A stretch of 64,000 bases of DNA from Klebsormidium nitens (Eukaryota; Plantae; Klebsormidiophyceae), in NCBI GenBank assembly GCA_000708835.1, contig DF237109.1:64126-128125 (forward strand), given 5' to 3'. Shown here piece by piece: positions 40,677-54,335 of the stretch; positions within the stretch are counted from its first letter, which is position 1, and every line of letters begins with the position of its first letter. The notes under the pieces were generated by a model. That model was given only the letters and a program-made list of their open reading frames with translations, ran no database searches and was not told where the DNA came from. Both the position numbers and the translations under genes were made by a program.

Positions 40677-41784
40677 GGCAGCAAGGCTGTGAATTAAACT
40701 GCAGGGGGAAGATTCCTGTTGATGCGCAACATTGAACCTGTGGAAAAGCGAGACAACAGAGGACGGCCAAAAGAATCTGATCGTAAACTGACGGTTTTAC
40801 AATCATATTAAGGGTCCACAGGAGCCTGTATGCAGCAGCCCAGAGACACTGCAAAAGCCTCGGCCTTGATCCATCTTGCACAGGGTGGCCCAGTATACCT
40901 GATGCAGGCAAGGCAACATCGTCATGCAACCTGAACTCGGCTGCCGCGGCCGTTATGCACAATTGCGGAGCCGGATCAACCAGTAAGTGCACCCTTGTGT
41001 GCACCTTTTCCTTGCCAAATCGTAGGTCGACTGTTGCAACTGTGCAATTGCTAAGACTTCTGGTTCCTTGACTTTCAAGATAGCTTCCAAGAGCTTGGAA
41101 AGTGAGGACCTTTACCATCAAGTTCAGGAGCAGAAACAAGCAGATGGAAACTTGCGGGCAAAGGCGTAGTCCTCAAGCTACAATTCCACTTCAAGAAAGC
41201 AATCTTAAAACCCAGTAGGTCCCGCTGAAGTAGCGGAAGAAGCAGGAGCATACCTCACCTTACGAATGAGCTTTAAAGTGCAAGGAGTAGTCAAACCCGA
41301 CTAAGGTGCATACAATCAGGGAACGAGTGCTTCCGCTAGCAGCGCCTCTGAACAGAAGCCCGCAATATTAGAGCTCCAACGGGAGCAGCGCCTACCAACA
41401 TCGCTGCCCAAGGCACAAACAGGTTACAACTTATACAGGCTGCAGTGGCAAAGTTGCGCCCTGTTCCTCCTCCGATACTGCACGAGCTCTGAAAAAGGTC
41501 CCTGTGCAGATTGCGCGGCACAGCATGCGAAAATTAGTAATTGGGATGAAACGCTCTTCCAAAGTAAGGAGTCAGTTGTGTCTGCGCGTAACAGACATTG
41601 AATCGAGGAAGAAGCCTCTAGCTGAGCTGCGGGGGAAGACACTGCTTGGGTAGGGGTGCTTGCAAGAGCGCCTGCGCTTTCAGTTTCTGGTTGGGCGCAT
41701 GGCCTGAGACATTGACGTCAACATACCGTAGTGGACATCACCAATCTTTAGCAGTAGCTTTGAAGGCCCTTGCAAGTGTTCCCC

Positions 41785-43868
41785 ATGGCGACTGCCGCTG
41801 TCGCTCGCACAGTGGGCAGTGCTGGCGGTGTCTCCTGCCGAGCAAAGGCCAGCGTGTGCTCCTCTTCCCGCCCTTTCCTTGCCTTCTCAGGCCTCAAGTC
41901 CAACACTCTGTTGCTGAAGCAGCAGCGAGATGCATTCCAGCTGGCACGATGCAACAAGCGGACGGCCGGTGTGGTAATGGCGGCAACCCTCGACCTGTTG
42001 GACTTTTCAGGCAAGCCTCTCGGCACAGAGACCCTTGACTTGAACGCTGCCAGGCCCGAGACGGCGCGCGCAGTTGTTCACAGGGGTCTGATCACAGAGC
42101 TCCAGAATAAGAGGCAGGGGAATGCGCACACCAAGACCCGGTCTGAGGTTCGGGGGGGAGGCAGGAAGCCGTACAAGCAAAAGGGCACGGGCAATGCTAG
42201 GAGGGGGTCCACCCGGTCGCCGTTGATTGTGGGGGGAGGAGTTGCATTTGGGCCGAGGTCAAAGAGCTGGAGGATCAAGATGAACAAGAAGGAGAAGCGG
42301 CTGTCCATCAGCACGGCGCTGCAGAGTGCGGCGACTAGCACAGTTGTGGTGGAGGACTTCGATGACAAGTTTGAGGAGCCGAGCACAAAGAAGATGATCA
42401 GTGCATTGCAAAGGTAGGGTTTGTGGCAAATATTTCAAGGAGTGCCACTGCGACTCTGCATTGGGAGTCGTGCCACGCCGTTGATCACTAAGTTCGATGG
42501 CGCTTTTCGCTTTTCGGAATGGTTGATTTATTCCACTGGCCTCCTGGTTCTTGCCTCGAGCAGTACGTTTGCGCCTGTGCTGGTTTCTCTTGTAAATGAA
42601 CGTACTGGGGGATTGTAGAATGCAGAATGCAGAATGACGCCAAGCTCTCAGACTCACACCCACAATGTCGTGGCTTTTGGTAATGGTGTGACAGGCTGAT
42701 GGTTGTGCCTGGCCCGTCGTCATCTTTGCTGTCCGTGTAGCACTCCGACTGTTCTGTGTGACGCAGTTTTTCTGTCCTTTTAGGGAAACTAATCTTGGTC
42801 TCGTGGGATTCCTTTTGCGTATCAACCTGGCTAGCATAGTGCTTCCTGGTCTGCAGTGAGAGCAACCTCCTTCAAAGGAATGCTTTTGTAAGTGGCTGAA
42901 GGGTGATGTTCGCATCTGCTACCATATTGGTGCGGCTGCGGAAGCATACAAGGCGCAGGAGCACATTTGTGGCTGGCTTTTGCACTGTCTCCTCCACACG
43001 ATGTTCGTTTCGCAGCAAGTGGACCCATAGCGCCACCTGATCAATCCAGCAGCGTTTGCATGACACCTTGTCTATCGCCCTTGGCAGTCGCGTACTTGAA
43101 TTTGATGGTCCTGCTTTACAGAGAAACAGAATGTAGCTTTTCAACCACCAATGTACACATTTGTACACAGTTCGCTGCACACGATTGGGCATGTGCTGTT
43201 ATTGACATCCTTTCTGTTTCTCCTTGTCCCCAAAGGCCCGCACCTCAACCAGGAACATTGACATATGCAGTCTCTGGAGAAGCCTGCTGGTAGCCTGAAC
43301 TTTCGTGAAGAGGGGGAAAAGTTATCAGCATGTCGTTCCTTGGGAAAACTCATCCAACACAATCAGTGGGTGTTGGATGGAGTTAAGCCTTTCATTAAAG
43401 GAATTGACTACCACATGCAGCAGATGAGAAGTTCCGATCTTTTGCAGGAGTACTGCTAAGACGTCGAAACATCTTGCAAACCATGGGAGAAGACAGCTTC
43501 TCTGTCTTGTATGTTTCTGTATATAATGTATTGTGAGATTTTTGGGCTTTGGAAGCAGCTGGAATCTTGGTTTGAATCTGATTTTGGTGTGCAGTTGGGG
43601 GGTTGCTGCGGAGGAGGAGCACGTGCTCTTGTTGCTCCACGCCCCCATCCCTCGGGCCGTTGCCAAGTCCATCAGCAACATCAACAATGCGAAGGTCATG
43701 ACCCCCGGCGCCGTCAACCTGTACGACATCCTGCGCGCCGACAAGCTGGTCATCACAAAGTCGATGCTGCAGCACTTGAACGAGCGATACCCACCCAAGG
43801 GTGCGCTCGCGGAAGAGGACGAATCGGAAGAGGAGCCCGCAGCAGAAGCCGCGGAGGAAGCTGCATAA
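41785..43868 (+). CDS. RPL4: Plastid 50S ribosomal protein L4 (uL4c) with transit peptide and acidic C-terminal extension, 2 exons
   Basis: Exon 41785-42413: [53 protein letters not shown]. Exon about 43596-43868: [32 protein letters not shown]. Confidence 0.95.
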
Positions 43869-44838
43869 GCACTCAGGTATTGCAATATGATAGAAAGACT
43901 TGAGCGAGGGGACCGTTCGCACGAGCCTCCCTGTCTGCCTCGCGTTTTGCACGAGGGGCAGATGTAAAAGTGTTCAGCGAAGCTTGGAAGGTTGGTAAGC
44001 ATGTGGATATGCCAGTGTTGTTGATTCGAAAGTCACATGAACGAACTTACTTCGGACTTGACAAGGACGAGCTGCCATCAGCCATCGGGCATAAAACAGC
44101 TGGGATGGTTGCCTTTCATCAACTGGCCGCCTAATACGAGTTGCCGAATATACTCAATATGAGCCTAGCTCGATTGTCTTCTGCACGTCAGTGCAGTATC
44201 ATGCATGTTCACGTCTGGCCGGGTTGACCGTCACATGACAAGCAGTTGCATGGTTTGAATGTTGGCTGAGGAAATGCACTCAACTTGGCCGCCCTGACGG
44301 CCCCAGCCTGCATGCATGCCTGCTGATGCATATATCTGCTGCGCAAGTAGTGAGAGTGCTGATCCGGCTCTGCCACTCGAGTATTGTGTCGACCGTCTGT
44401 ACAACTCGCCGCGGCCGCGGCCGCCTGCGCAGCCATCATTCTCCCATGCTGCATTTGAGTCCTTGGAATCATGGATCGGGAAAATCTTGGTATACGCTTC
44501 CGATCAGACATCATGCATGTGGTACATTGCACCGCGTATTGAACAGGCTGCACTAGTGGAGCTAACTAGCTATACAGCATGCCGTGAGCTCGGACAATTC
44601 ATGATGCTAGCCCACATGGCCCTGCCAACATGAACATGTACTCGTTGGATGCAATCACATCATGAAGGCGATTGTCTTGCACACAGGCAACCTACTGTAT
44701 GTGCAGCGCGAACCAGTGATTGACTGCGCCTGGGCGCCGGCGGCTAGCGTGCACGGGCTTCAAGTTCCGGCTACTACGCTTCAGTTGGACAATCAATCTT
44801 ATATACTCTCTTGAACAGTCCTCCCCAGGAATTGCGTA

Positions 44839-47800
44839 TCATACATACAAAGAGTTTGCAAAGACGATGCCTCGTCGTATACTGTCGCTGGCCGTTTGGA
44901 ACTTCTCCTCCAGGTTCTCGTCCCCGATAGTCTTGGCTGCTGTTCGTAACTGCACCAAGCACACAGCACGTCAGCGGCCAAATCGATACGGAAGACGGGG
45001 CATTGCGGCTTGCTGCATGTCCATCATACCAGTTGCGCGCCAAACGCAAAAACTTGCAAAGCAGAGCCTATCTTCTGCAGAGGATTCTTACAACAAGCAG
45101 TAGTTGTCGCAAACATATTCTGCAAGGTATTATGGCATGAAGATGCTCGGAAATAGAATCCCACATTGTCAACCAATCTGACCGGTGATACTCACTTGGT
45201 TCAGCAGCTCGTCTAGCCTCCGCATTGCTCGTATTAGACTCCCCTCGAAGTTGTCCGTCAGCTTTATTACTTCAGAGAACTTGGCACCCTGTCGGTTGAG
45301 AAGATAAGTGTCACGAACATGACCTCATTTGGTACCATAACATGAGTAACATAGTCAATTCAGCAAAGTCTGCTTACGCCAGATTCGGAGAGGGCTAAAG
45401 ATTCTGAGCTCCGGTGGTTTAACACGGTTCTGCTACATTGGAAAAACTTTCGTTGCACGCATGTGCGCTACGGCTGACTTGCCTGACCTGACGATAACCA
45501 ACAACCCGGCTTTGAATACTGAATCTTAAGAAAGACAATTTTACCACCTGGTGTCTGCAGATCCGAAGACCAAGAGAGACAGCCTTTGCCACGTGGTTGT
45601 CGCAGTTAAGAAGGACAACTTTGAGAACTCCAGAAGGTTAAGTAAGACGGATTTTTGCCACAGGTTTTTATATCAACTTGACGGTTAAGACAGACAAGGA
45701 TTGGGCCGCACCTTGGACCAGGCGTAGACTGCGTCCATGAGGAAGGGCTTGAAGCTGTCGGCATATTCGTCGACGTCGATCTCGATCTTGCACTCCTCCT
45801 GAACCGTCGCCACGTGCGCCGCAGTCTCGCGCAGCGCCGATAGCGGCTCGTGCAGCTCCTTGATCGAATTTACCTGGCAACCAAAAAGCGGGAGCAGGGA
45901 TCAACATTGCTTTCATCGTTGCCAAACAACGTCTTTTGTCAGGCGGCTTCTCCGGAAGTCCTTGACTCCGGCTTCTTGAAAAGATGCATGACGAAGCCTT
46001 CTTGCATTGAGAAGGCGGGCAGCAAGTTTCGCCTGTATAAATGACCCACAAGAAAGCTCTCGCTCGTCGTCTTGGATCGACGCACCCACTTCAAACCGGG
46101 GGCCGAAAAAGGCCTGCTGCCCCCTTCAAGGCGAATTTGTTAGATGTAAGATACCAGCGGACTCAAAGAGGTCTGCGTCTCATCACGAACCCGCCCCCAA
46201 CAATGCCAAACTCATTCCTGACCACAAAGCACGCCATTGATGTCCTCCGGTTTTGCTAAGTATGCAAGTCAGAAGTCTGCTGCAGTGCTCATTCTCCAAC
46301 GCAGAAGACAGCTATCATATCTACTCGATGCCTCCAGTCCACCAAGTCAAACCTCGTCAAAGAAGAACCAACATCCCTGCTTCCCACCTGTTTGTTGGAC
46401 TTCTCCATCTGCATGAAGCAGCTGGCGACGGCCGCGATCTGGTGCGCGTCGAGGCGCGTGAAGACGCCGTTGAACATGAGCTCCGTGACCAGCAGCTCGT
46501 CCGCGGTGTCGATCTGGCACGCAGCGCGCCCTTTCAGCTGCACCACGCCGTCGCCGTTTATGTGGCCCAACCGCTTCAGCACGCGCCCGCGGTTGCGCAG
46601 CTCGTCGCGGAAGAGGTGCAGCTGGAAGCGGGGGGGTAAATGTTGATGATTGTAAGAACTCTTCACTTGAACGAAAGTAGCAGTGGTGCAATGTGCAAAA
46701 AAGTATGTGTTGCGCAGCTCGTCGTGGAACAATTGCAGCTGGGGGTGGGGGAGAGACGGGAGTCCCTTTGTTACTTTGTTTCCAGGAGACAGTGATACGA
46801 AGGGGAGCTGGTGAAATAAGTAATTCCGTTACGCAGCTCGTCGCGGAACAGGTGCAGCTGGAAGGTGGGGAGAGGAAGGGTGGATGAACACGTGAGTGCC
46901 CGTTCATTTCACTTTCGAAACGAGGAAGCTAAAATGCCAGACGTGCAGCGAGTGGTCTGGTTGCTCAGTCGTCGCGGAACAGGTGCAGCCGGGGATGAGG
47001 CAGTTTCTTCACATGATCGTCTTGCCGGTATGCAGGAACTGAAGCGCAGTACCTCAACGTTGGCTTACAAAATCGCAGCTGTGATTAAGAGTAAGGACGG
47101 CTTTCTTTTTCGACTTTCCAAGACTGCATGGTCACAGAAAATCATAGCAAGCAGCAATCGATCCGAAAAGCCGGCCCGTACCTCGACATCAGACACTCGA
47201 CCAGCAAGAAAGACTCATTCTCAGGCACAGGGAGCGCAACGGCAAGAGTTCTATTTGCCAGAATCTTTTGAAGATAACATTGAAGTTCCTCCGTTTGCTT
47301 TTTAGGGTTTCAGGGTTTCGGGTTAGGTTTAAAGAACCTAAGGCCCCTAAAACCCTAAAAGTAAGTATGCGCATACGCTCGGGGCCCACCTGCGAGTCCG
47401 CGGTGGTTTGGAGCTTGAGCTTGGCGGCCTCCGCGTCCAGCTGCGCCTTCTTCTGCATCGCCGCGTACGTCTCCGCCTCGCTGCCAGACTGCAACATACA
47501 CGGCGTCGATTGAGCTGCTTTCTGCAGTGCCAAGAACCCATCTCAGGTGGTGTCGAAACATGTGGAGGACAGTAGCGACGTAAGACCGAAAAGACCATGC
47601 AGCAAAGCAGCTCCCGCCTCCTCGTCCTCCTTCCTTTCCTCAGCGGGCAAGGAAACAACAACGAAAGAGACTAGTCACGAATGACATGACTGAGCATGAG
47701 GATGAGTGCGATCCGCCGGAGGCTGACCTTGAAAAGCGGGTGTTCCAGCAGCTCTGTCTCCCTGTCCTGCAGTTGTTGCACCGCGTCTAGGAACGCGTCG

Positions 47801-50800
47801 TCCCGAATGCCCATGTCCTCGATGGGGTCCAACCGAGGCAGGCCGTCCGGGAAGCGCTGCTCCATACTGCGCACTTGTTGTAGCACCATGCGCCGCGCCT
47901 CCGCGGGCCGCAAGTCGCCCGGCAGCGTCACGCGCAGCGAGCTGCGGCAAAGGAGCAACGAAATTGCGGGGTTTGGAAGAGCACGACTCGAAGGATTCTA
48001 AGATCAACGGCTTGGTGATGAGGTCGCCAGTTCAGGCACTTAGGATCCGACCGTTTGAGGTTGCAAGCTGGATGTACAAACGGCATTCGTTTTCAAGTGG
48101 GCGAAAACAGGGACCATTGCGAGTGAGTGCACCAAAGAATGGGTTAAGAGGTATCGCATCTGGTGGATAGATAAGTCAGGAATTCCTGTGCATTGGGCTG
48201 CAAAACAGGAAAGCTATACTCCCAAGGTACAAGGTCCTACTTTTAGATAGTCCTCTAGGTCACTCTCCCTTGAGCCAAACACTGTCCCAACGGCTCACCT
48301 GACCGCCGTGATCTGCGTCAACTGCACGGGGATCACTTGCATCTCGCCCTCCTCCTCCGGGGAACACGGCCGCGGTTTCGGCCGTCGACTCCGGTCTACT
48401 CTCCCGCTGTCCGGCGCGCAGTAGAGCAGCGTGTCGGCCATGTAGGACTCTGCCGGGGCGGGTATCGAACCGTTCCGCATCACGTTCGCTGCCGGGGGCG
48501 TGCGCTTGACCACCGAAACGACGACGCCCCAGCCCCACTCGTCGACTCCGTCGTGAACCTGGAGGAAAGGAAGCCGTTCAAAAAGTCGGTAACCTCTACC
48601 GTTGCATGTTTGGTGTTTCAAGGGCCGTCCTGTCAGAACAGCTCCGTTCGCCTGAGTCGGACTGGGACGAAAGTCCACTGCGATGAGCGGCTTGAACCCG
48701 GTCCCTGTCAAAAGTGTCAATACATGCACCTCCCTGCCATCTTCACGCCAATACAAGCATCAAGGCGAGACACGGACCTCGTTTCCTCCTGAGTACCTCA
48801 GACCCTAAAACTGGAAGTATCTGCACTTGAGAAAACGAAAGACCGGGCATTCCTGAAATACCTCAAGGTGCAATGGGAGTCGCTTTAAGCGTGAACGCGG
48901 TGCCCACTACCCTTCGACACTGTCGAAGAGCGCAAGTCTCGATTAGACAAGATTGGACTGGTAGGGTGAGTTAGTGCAGTGCGCTGAGACTTATGCCTAA
49001 ACTTCAGTATGTGTACGCCCGTTTCCCCTCACCTGTATGAAATTCTGATAGATGTAGTGAAAGATAACAGCCAGTTAACACTAATGAAGACGGGTAAAGA
49101 TACTTAAGCAAATAGGGTAGGTACACAGGTGCGGAGCGGGTGATCCTTTGGCTTAGTATTTTCAGTGAACCGCAAAATGCATACTGTTCACAGGACCGAG
49201 GATTACCTGGATGAGCCGGCCCGGGCGCATGAAGTGCAGGCACCGGTCCGGCCGCAGGACCTCGGCCATTATGAGCTTCTCCAGCGCCGCGATCTCGACG
49301 CGCAGCTTCTTGTAGCTGTCCGCGGACTCAGGGGGGGGCACCACAATCGCCGCCGACTGGCGCTCCAGTTCGGCGGCGTCGGCCTCCAGCTTGGGCCGCT
49401 TCTGCAAGACACGTGGCATCCTTTAGGTGGTGCACACGTACCGCGTTTGCATTCGGAGAGAGTCGGTCTTAAAAAAGTGAATTGAAGATAAGAGCCGTTG
49501 TGGATCGTGCGATAAGGAGAAGGTCAGCAACATACATGGCGGCATTCCACCAGTATCATGCGCAACTTTCTACGATGCCCAGGCGAGCGCAGCTTTCGAC
49601 TAAACAGGCAGCAAACGCGCCAGCAGTCAAGAGCTCCAGCCATAGTTGACACACTCAGAAGCCAAACACTCCTCACGAACTTAACGACAAAGGGGGGTTG
49701 CATACAGGGTCGAACACAAGCACGGTGCTCGAGCACAAAAGCAAGTCGCAAGCCAGCCTGCGTGCGAGCTTCCCCTTGCAGAGATCCACACTGAAAGGGT
49801 GAACAGCACACATTCATTTTGACAGCTGTTGCCTTTGTACATTGCTCTTCGCACAATCACATCACCACCGCTATCCATAAATCCAGTGGCTCATCTTTGT
49901 CTTACGAATATCTCGCGGCGCACCTTTTCGTGGAGGAACTGCAGGAAGGAGTGGCGGATCGCGTGCTCCGCGCCGAACTGCCCGTCCGCTCGGCTCATCA
50001 GGTTCAGCAGCGTGTAGTAGCTCAGCTTGAACGTGCTCTCCAGCGGCGCGGGCCGCCCCAGCATCATCTCTTTACACGTGGGCATGTCCATTTGGTCATC
50101 CACCATGGTAATGGTTATGCCTTTATCGTCCTTCCCGCGCCGCCCCGCGCGGCCGCTCATTTGGATGTATTCACCGGAGGACATGTAGCGGTGGCCCTCG
50201 CCGTCCCATTTGCGGACCTGTGTGAAGACCACCGTCTTGGCCGGCATGTTCAGGCCCATCGCAAACTGCAAGACAGGAGCGGGGGCGATCAGCGGCTTGA
50301 GCGAGCCAACCAATAGACCATTTGAACGATCTCGCGCAAGAAACTGACGGCGCAATCCTTTGTGTGCTGCATTGGTTCTAGCATTGTCCGATTGAGTCAG
50401 ATGGGAAAGTACTCGACGCCGTCGTTTCGAATCTTTCGGAGCGATGGATTAGAACCGAGGAATGATTGCAGATCCATACCAAGGGTCGGCATTGCGATAC
50501 TTCTTTTGGCTGCGGTGCGGAACGACGACGGAACAACAATAATTGGAAACTTGACAGAGTCCCATCAACGATGACCCGACTGGAGCTGCAAATGTTGTCC
50601 TACAGTTGCAACCCAAACCGTCCCAAATCCCGCGTTCAAGATCCACAAAGGACCGTGTCCGTAACAAGGAAACACACGGCTCCAAACCTTGCCCGACAAA
50701 CTCAACAGCTCAAAACCAGTGCGAAAACCTCAGGTTTGTGGGCTTACCGTTTCTGTGGCGAAGAGCACTTTGACGAGGCCCTCCTGGAAGAGCAGCTCCA

Positions 50801-53800
50801 CAATCTCCTTGATGATGGGCAGCAGCCCCGAGTGGTGGATCGCCACGCCCTTCTTGAGCATGCCCAGCGCGCCAGCCACCGCGTCGATCGCGCGGTCCTC
50901 CTCGCTCAAGCACTGCGGAGTCGGGCGCGGAGTCGAGTTATTTCTTGCGTTTCCTTTTCCGATTGTCAAAGGTTTCTCGAAAGGTCGACTTTCAAGGGAG
51001 AAAGTACTCCGCGAGCAGATTGGAAAAAGAGGGAACGGAGGATGGGTGTGAACTTGGAGTGGATTGCTTCTCAACTGTCGTTCGGAAATGGCAATACAGA
51101 CAAGATACAACAGATACCCCTTTTGCAAGGGTTTTCGTTGAAAAGAACATGCTTCTTACCTGTCAGCTTGGGAACGGACTCGCAAAACCTGAGTTGTACC
51201 CGATGTTCCTTTGAAGCCTTTGGAAAGCAGCCTCGTGTTCAAGAAGATTATGAGCTTAGTGCATCGAACAATTGGACCAACCCAGCTGTCTCGGCGCGAG
51301 GGAACCGAGACGGACTCTATTCACCAACGCTCTTCCACCCTCACTTGCAGCAGCCAATGTCGACAACACCTCTCAAAACGCATGCAGACACACCTGGATG
51401 GCGCTGTTGAAGACCTGTTCGATGTTCTCCGCCTCTTCGGCGGTGCTGAAGTCCAGCTTGTGGGCCACGTCAGCCGCCAATAACTCCAGCTCACGCCGCG
51501 CAAAGCTGAAAACGATGACTGGGTGTAGCCGCCGCTCCTTGATCATCTGCACGAGACGGACGTCAGCGACAATCGGTACGGGGCTGCGAGGCTAAACTTC
51601 GAGGGCTATATCCACGAAAACGACGGTCTCCAAACTTGCTGTTTGAAAACGAAAGAAGACTTTTAAATTGTCAATGAAAGGGCAGCGAGCCGTGATTTGT
51701 ATGTATGCCAAGATTCACAATCGAGTACGAAGCGAACCAGAGTGTTCCGTGGTCCCTCCACTATCGACGGGGACGCCTGTTCTGAAAGGAGCGAACTGCA
51801 GAACATCACAGAACAAGGACACTTCGTCTGATAGAAGGGCTGAGAAGGGACACCGACAATCATAATGAGAACAAACCTGTTGTCGAGCTTGAAAACGTCA
51901 AGGGGCAGGCCGACAAGCCCGCACAGCGTTGCAAGCGCTCCGCACCTTGATGATCTTGATGATATCTTTGTTCTCCGTTTTCTCGGGGGCCCCTTTCCGC
52001 TTGGGCGGCGGCCGGTCCGTGATCTTGCCCCCGTTGGCCAGCTTGCTGCCCAGCTCGCCGTCCTTGTCTTTTCCAAAGGTCGCCAAGAGCTTCGTAAAGT
52101 TCTCGTCCCGAAAGTTGCCCTGGCAGCAACGACGTGGAGGCGTGATGACAAACCTTCGTGGCAATCACACGATGACTTGAAGGGTTGGGAAATTGACTAG
52201 ATTTTGCCTTGATTCAGTCTATCATTTTCAGACTGTCAAAACCTGTAGAAACACTGAAGACCGATTGAAATATCCCATGGTCTTTTGTGGGGAGTGAGGA
52301 CAAGATCTTCTACGATTTCGAAGCATGTCGAGAATGGTGACGTTAAACCAGACTTTAAACTTGCAAGAAAACGAATGCAGGCTTGGCAAATTCCATGTCT
52401 AATGTCTAAGCTAATATCCGCCTTCTAATTAACGCGATAGTAAGATCACAGTGCCGTAGGTTTCCCAGATACCCGCCGCACCTTCTCATCCACGACGAGG
52501 TACAGCCCCGCCCCCCCAACCGGGAATGCGTAGTGCTGCAGCGGGACGGGCCGCCTGTCGGTGTAGACCACGTGGCAGGGCTTGTTGTGCACCGCGCAGA
52601 TCCACTCGGCAAACTCGGTGGTGTTGGACATGGTGGCAGACAAGAAGACCATTTTGACGGCCGGCGGGAGGAAGATGATGCTCTCCTCCCAAACCACGCC
52701 GCGCTCGCGGTCCTTCATGTAGTGGATCTCGTCGAAGATGACCCTGGAAGATTGGGGAGGTAAGGTTCGTATTTGCCCGAAAAGAAAGTGGTGGGCGCAA
52801 CAGGCCAACAAAGGGACAGACGGACTATGGGAGTGAACGAGCTGCAGGTGAGCTCGTCCTTTCCAACTTGGCGGACATGGAGATAGAAGACATAGAGTGT
52901 TACTCAATAGTGGCGCTGGGAAAAGCTATTGCATGTATGCTGTTGATCAATGGATGCGAGGCCCACTGAGAACACTGCTGGCAAAAGTTTTGAGAAACCT
53001 GAAATCAAGTAAGTCAATGAGACGAAAAAGCACAGGCATGGCGCTGGCTCTTGTGGTGGGAATCGTGGCGATGTGCCAATTAGAAGGGGGTTCACCAAAC
53101 AATCGAACTAGAGAGAAGATCAAGTGGGCACAAGTTCTATGTTGTCTTCCATTGAAGTGCCTGGTTTTGACATCGTAGAGCAGCATTTAATCAAGTGTTT
53201 TTATGCTATCATGCCTGGCAAATCAGTCTATGTCCCAATTGACCCTTTTACCCTCAACACAGTACCACCTACTGATCCACCACCCTTCCATCAGCCTTGG
53301 CGCCCCCTTGTTCTCAAACATGACACTCCTCCTACAAAGAGGAGGCCTCCTCACCATGCCACTTCGCGCATGACCTCCGACCCCCGGTACAACATGCTCC
53401 GCATGATCTCGGTGGTCATCACGATGCACCCAGCATTGGGGGAGATTGTCACGTCCCCCGTCATCAGCCCCACGTCCCCGAACTCCGTCTCCAATTCCCT
53501 GTACTTCTGGTTGCTCAGCGCTTTGATCGGCGAGGTATATATCACTCTTTGCTTGTCCCGGAACGCCATCGCTATGGCATACTCCGCCACCGCCGTTTTA
53601 CCCGCTGACGTGTGTGCTGACACGAGCACCGACTCCCGCCGCTCGAGGCACGAGATGGACATCTGCTGAAATGCGTCTAGTTTGAAAGGGAACTCTTTGG
53701 CCATGGGCCCACTATACTGAGGGTGATGAATGTCGCCTAACCCCGCTTCTCTTTCACCGTCAGGGGGCTGGTAATCCGAGGGCAAAGCCACTTCGTGTGT

Positions 53801-53920
53801 GCACGGGGGGGCTATCAACGGAACACTTCCGACAGCTTGCACTTTAGCGGGGGGCCCGGGGGCCTTTGCCTGATCAGCCACTCCATCCGCCTGCTTCCTC
53901 TTTGCTGCTAGACCCTCCAT
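44839..53920 (-). CDS. HEN2: Ski2-like DExH RNA helicase, exosome cofactor of the HEN2/MTR4 group (HEN2-like)
   Basis: [65 protein letters not shown], arch/KOW exons, and terminal [30 protein letters not shown] resembles my recollection of plant HEN2 more than of nucleolar MTR4. Confidence 0.92.
46595..47000 (-). repeat. Four intronic copies of a 3' splice site plus exon-start core ([10 protein letters not shown]) in HEN2
   Basis: On + strand: gcagctcgtcgcggaagaggtgcagctgga (46597), gcagctcgtcgtggaacaattgcagctgg (46714), gcagctcgtcgcggaacaggtgcagctgga (46833), cagtcgtcgcggaacaggtgcagccgg (46966). Spacings are 117, 119 and 131 bp. Confidence 0.88.
47299..47360. repeat. Head-to-head interstitial telomere-like repeat (TTT(T)AGGG > < CCCTAAAA)
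   Basis: ttttagggtttcagggtttcgggttaggtt-taaag-aacctaaggcccctaaaaccctaaaa. Confidence 0.65.
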
Positions 53921-54335
53921 GGCTGCAGCCTTTCAGGGAACCCCTTCCTCTCAATCGCCGTTGGCACAATTCTGATGTTCTCTGAACTACTGCTGCCCTA
54001 TAATACCGTAGAGTCTATAATAGAGTTCAACCTCCCAACTTCCAAGTTCAAGGGAGAAGAGGAAGAAGGCCATGCAATTTTCAATCGACTCCGCTAGTGA
54101 CGGAACCCTAGAAGTAGCCAGCCTGGTAATGGTGTCTCGGGCGCGGGGTGGTTGAAGCAAACGGCAATTTTGACGTTACCAGTGCCGACAAGAAGGCTGC
54201 CACTGGTCACTGTTCATTGTGCCCCGCATTGCCATTGCCAACGCATGCAGCATTGCAGGCGTTCAGTCCCAGCGGGCATTGATGAGGAAGGAAGGGTAGC
54301 TTCTGAACAGCAACTTTGATATTTTTGTGAGAGGG
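53921..54335. promoter_or_regulatory. Probable bidirectional promoter between HEN2 and SPOUT1
   Basis: The start codons are only about 415 bp apart and head-to-head. A telo-box-like AACCCTAG lies near 54104. Inferred from geometry only. Confidence 0.45.

Noticed and set aside
39660-40697. Several long Pro/Ser/Arg-rich ORFs overlapping CWC22 exon 1
   Set aside because: Antisense or alternate frames of the low-complexity RD/RE repeat region.
46595-47000. Repeat-spacer pattern as a CRISPR array
   Set aside because: The context is a eukaryotic intron, the repeats are copies of the host exon start, spacers are 80-90 bp, and no cas genes are present.
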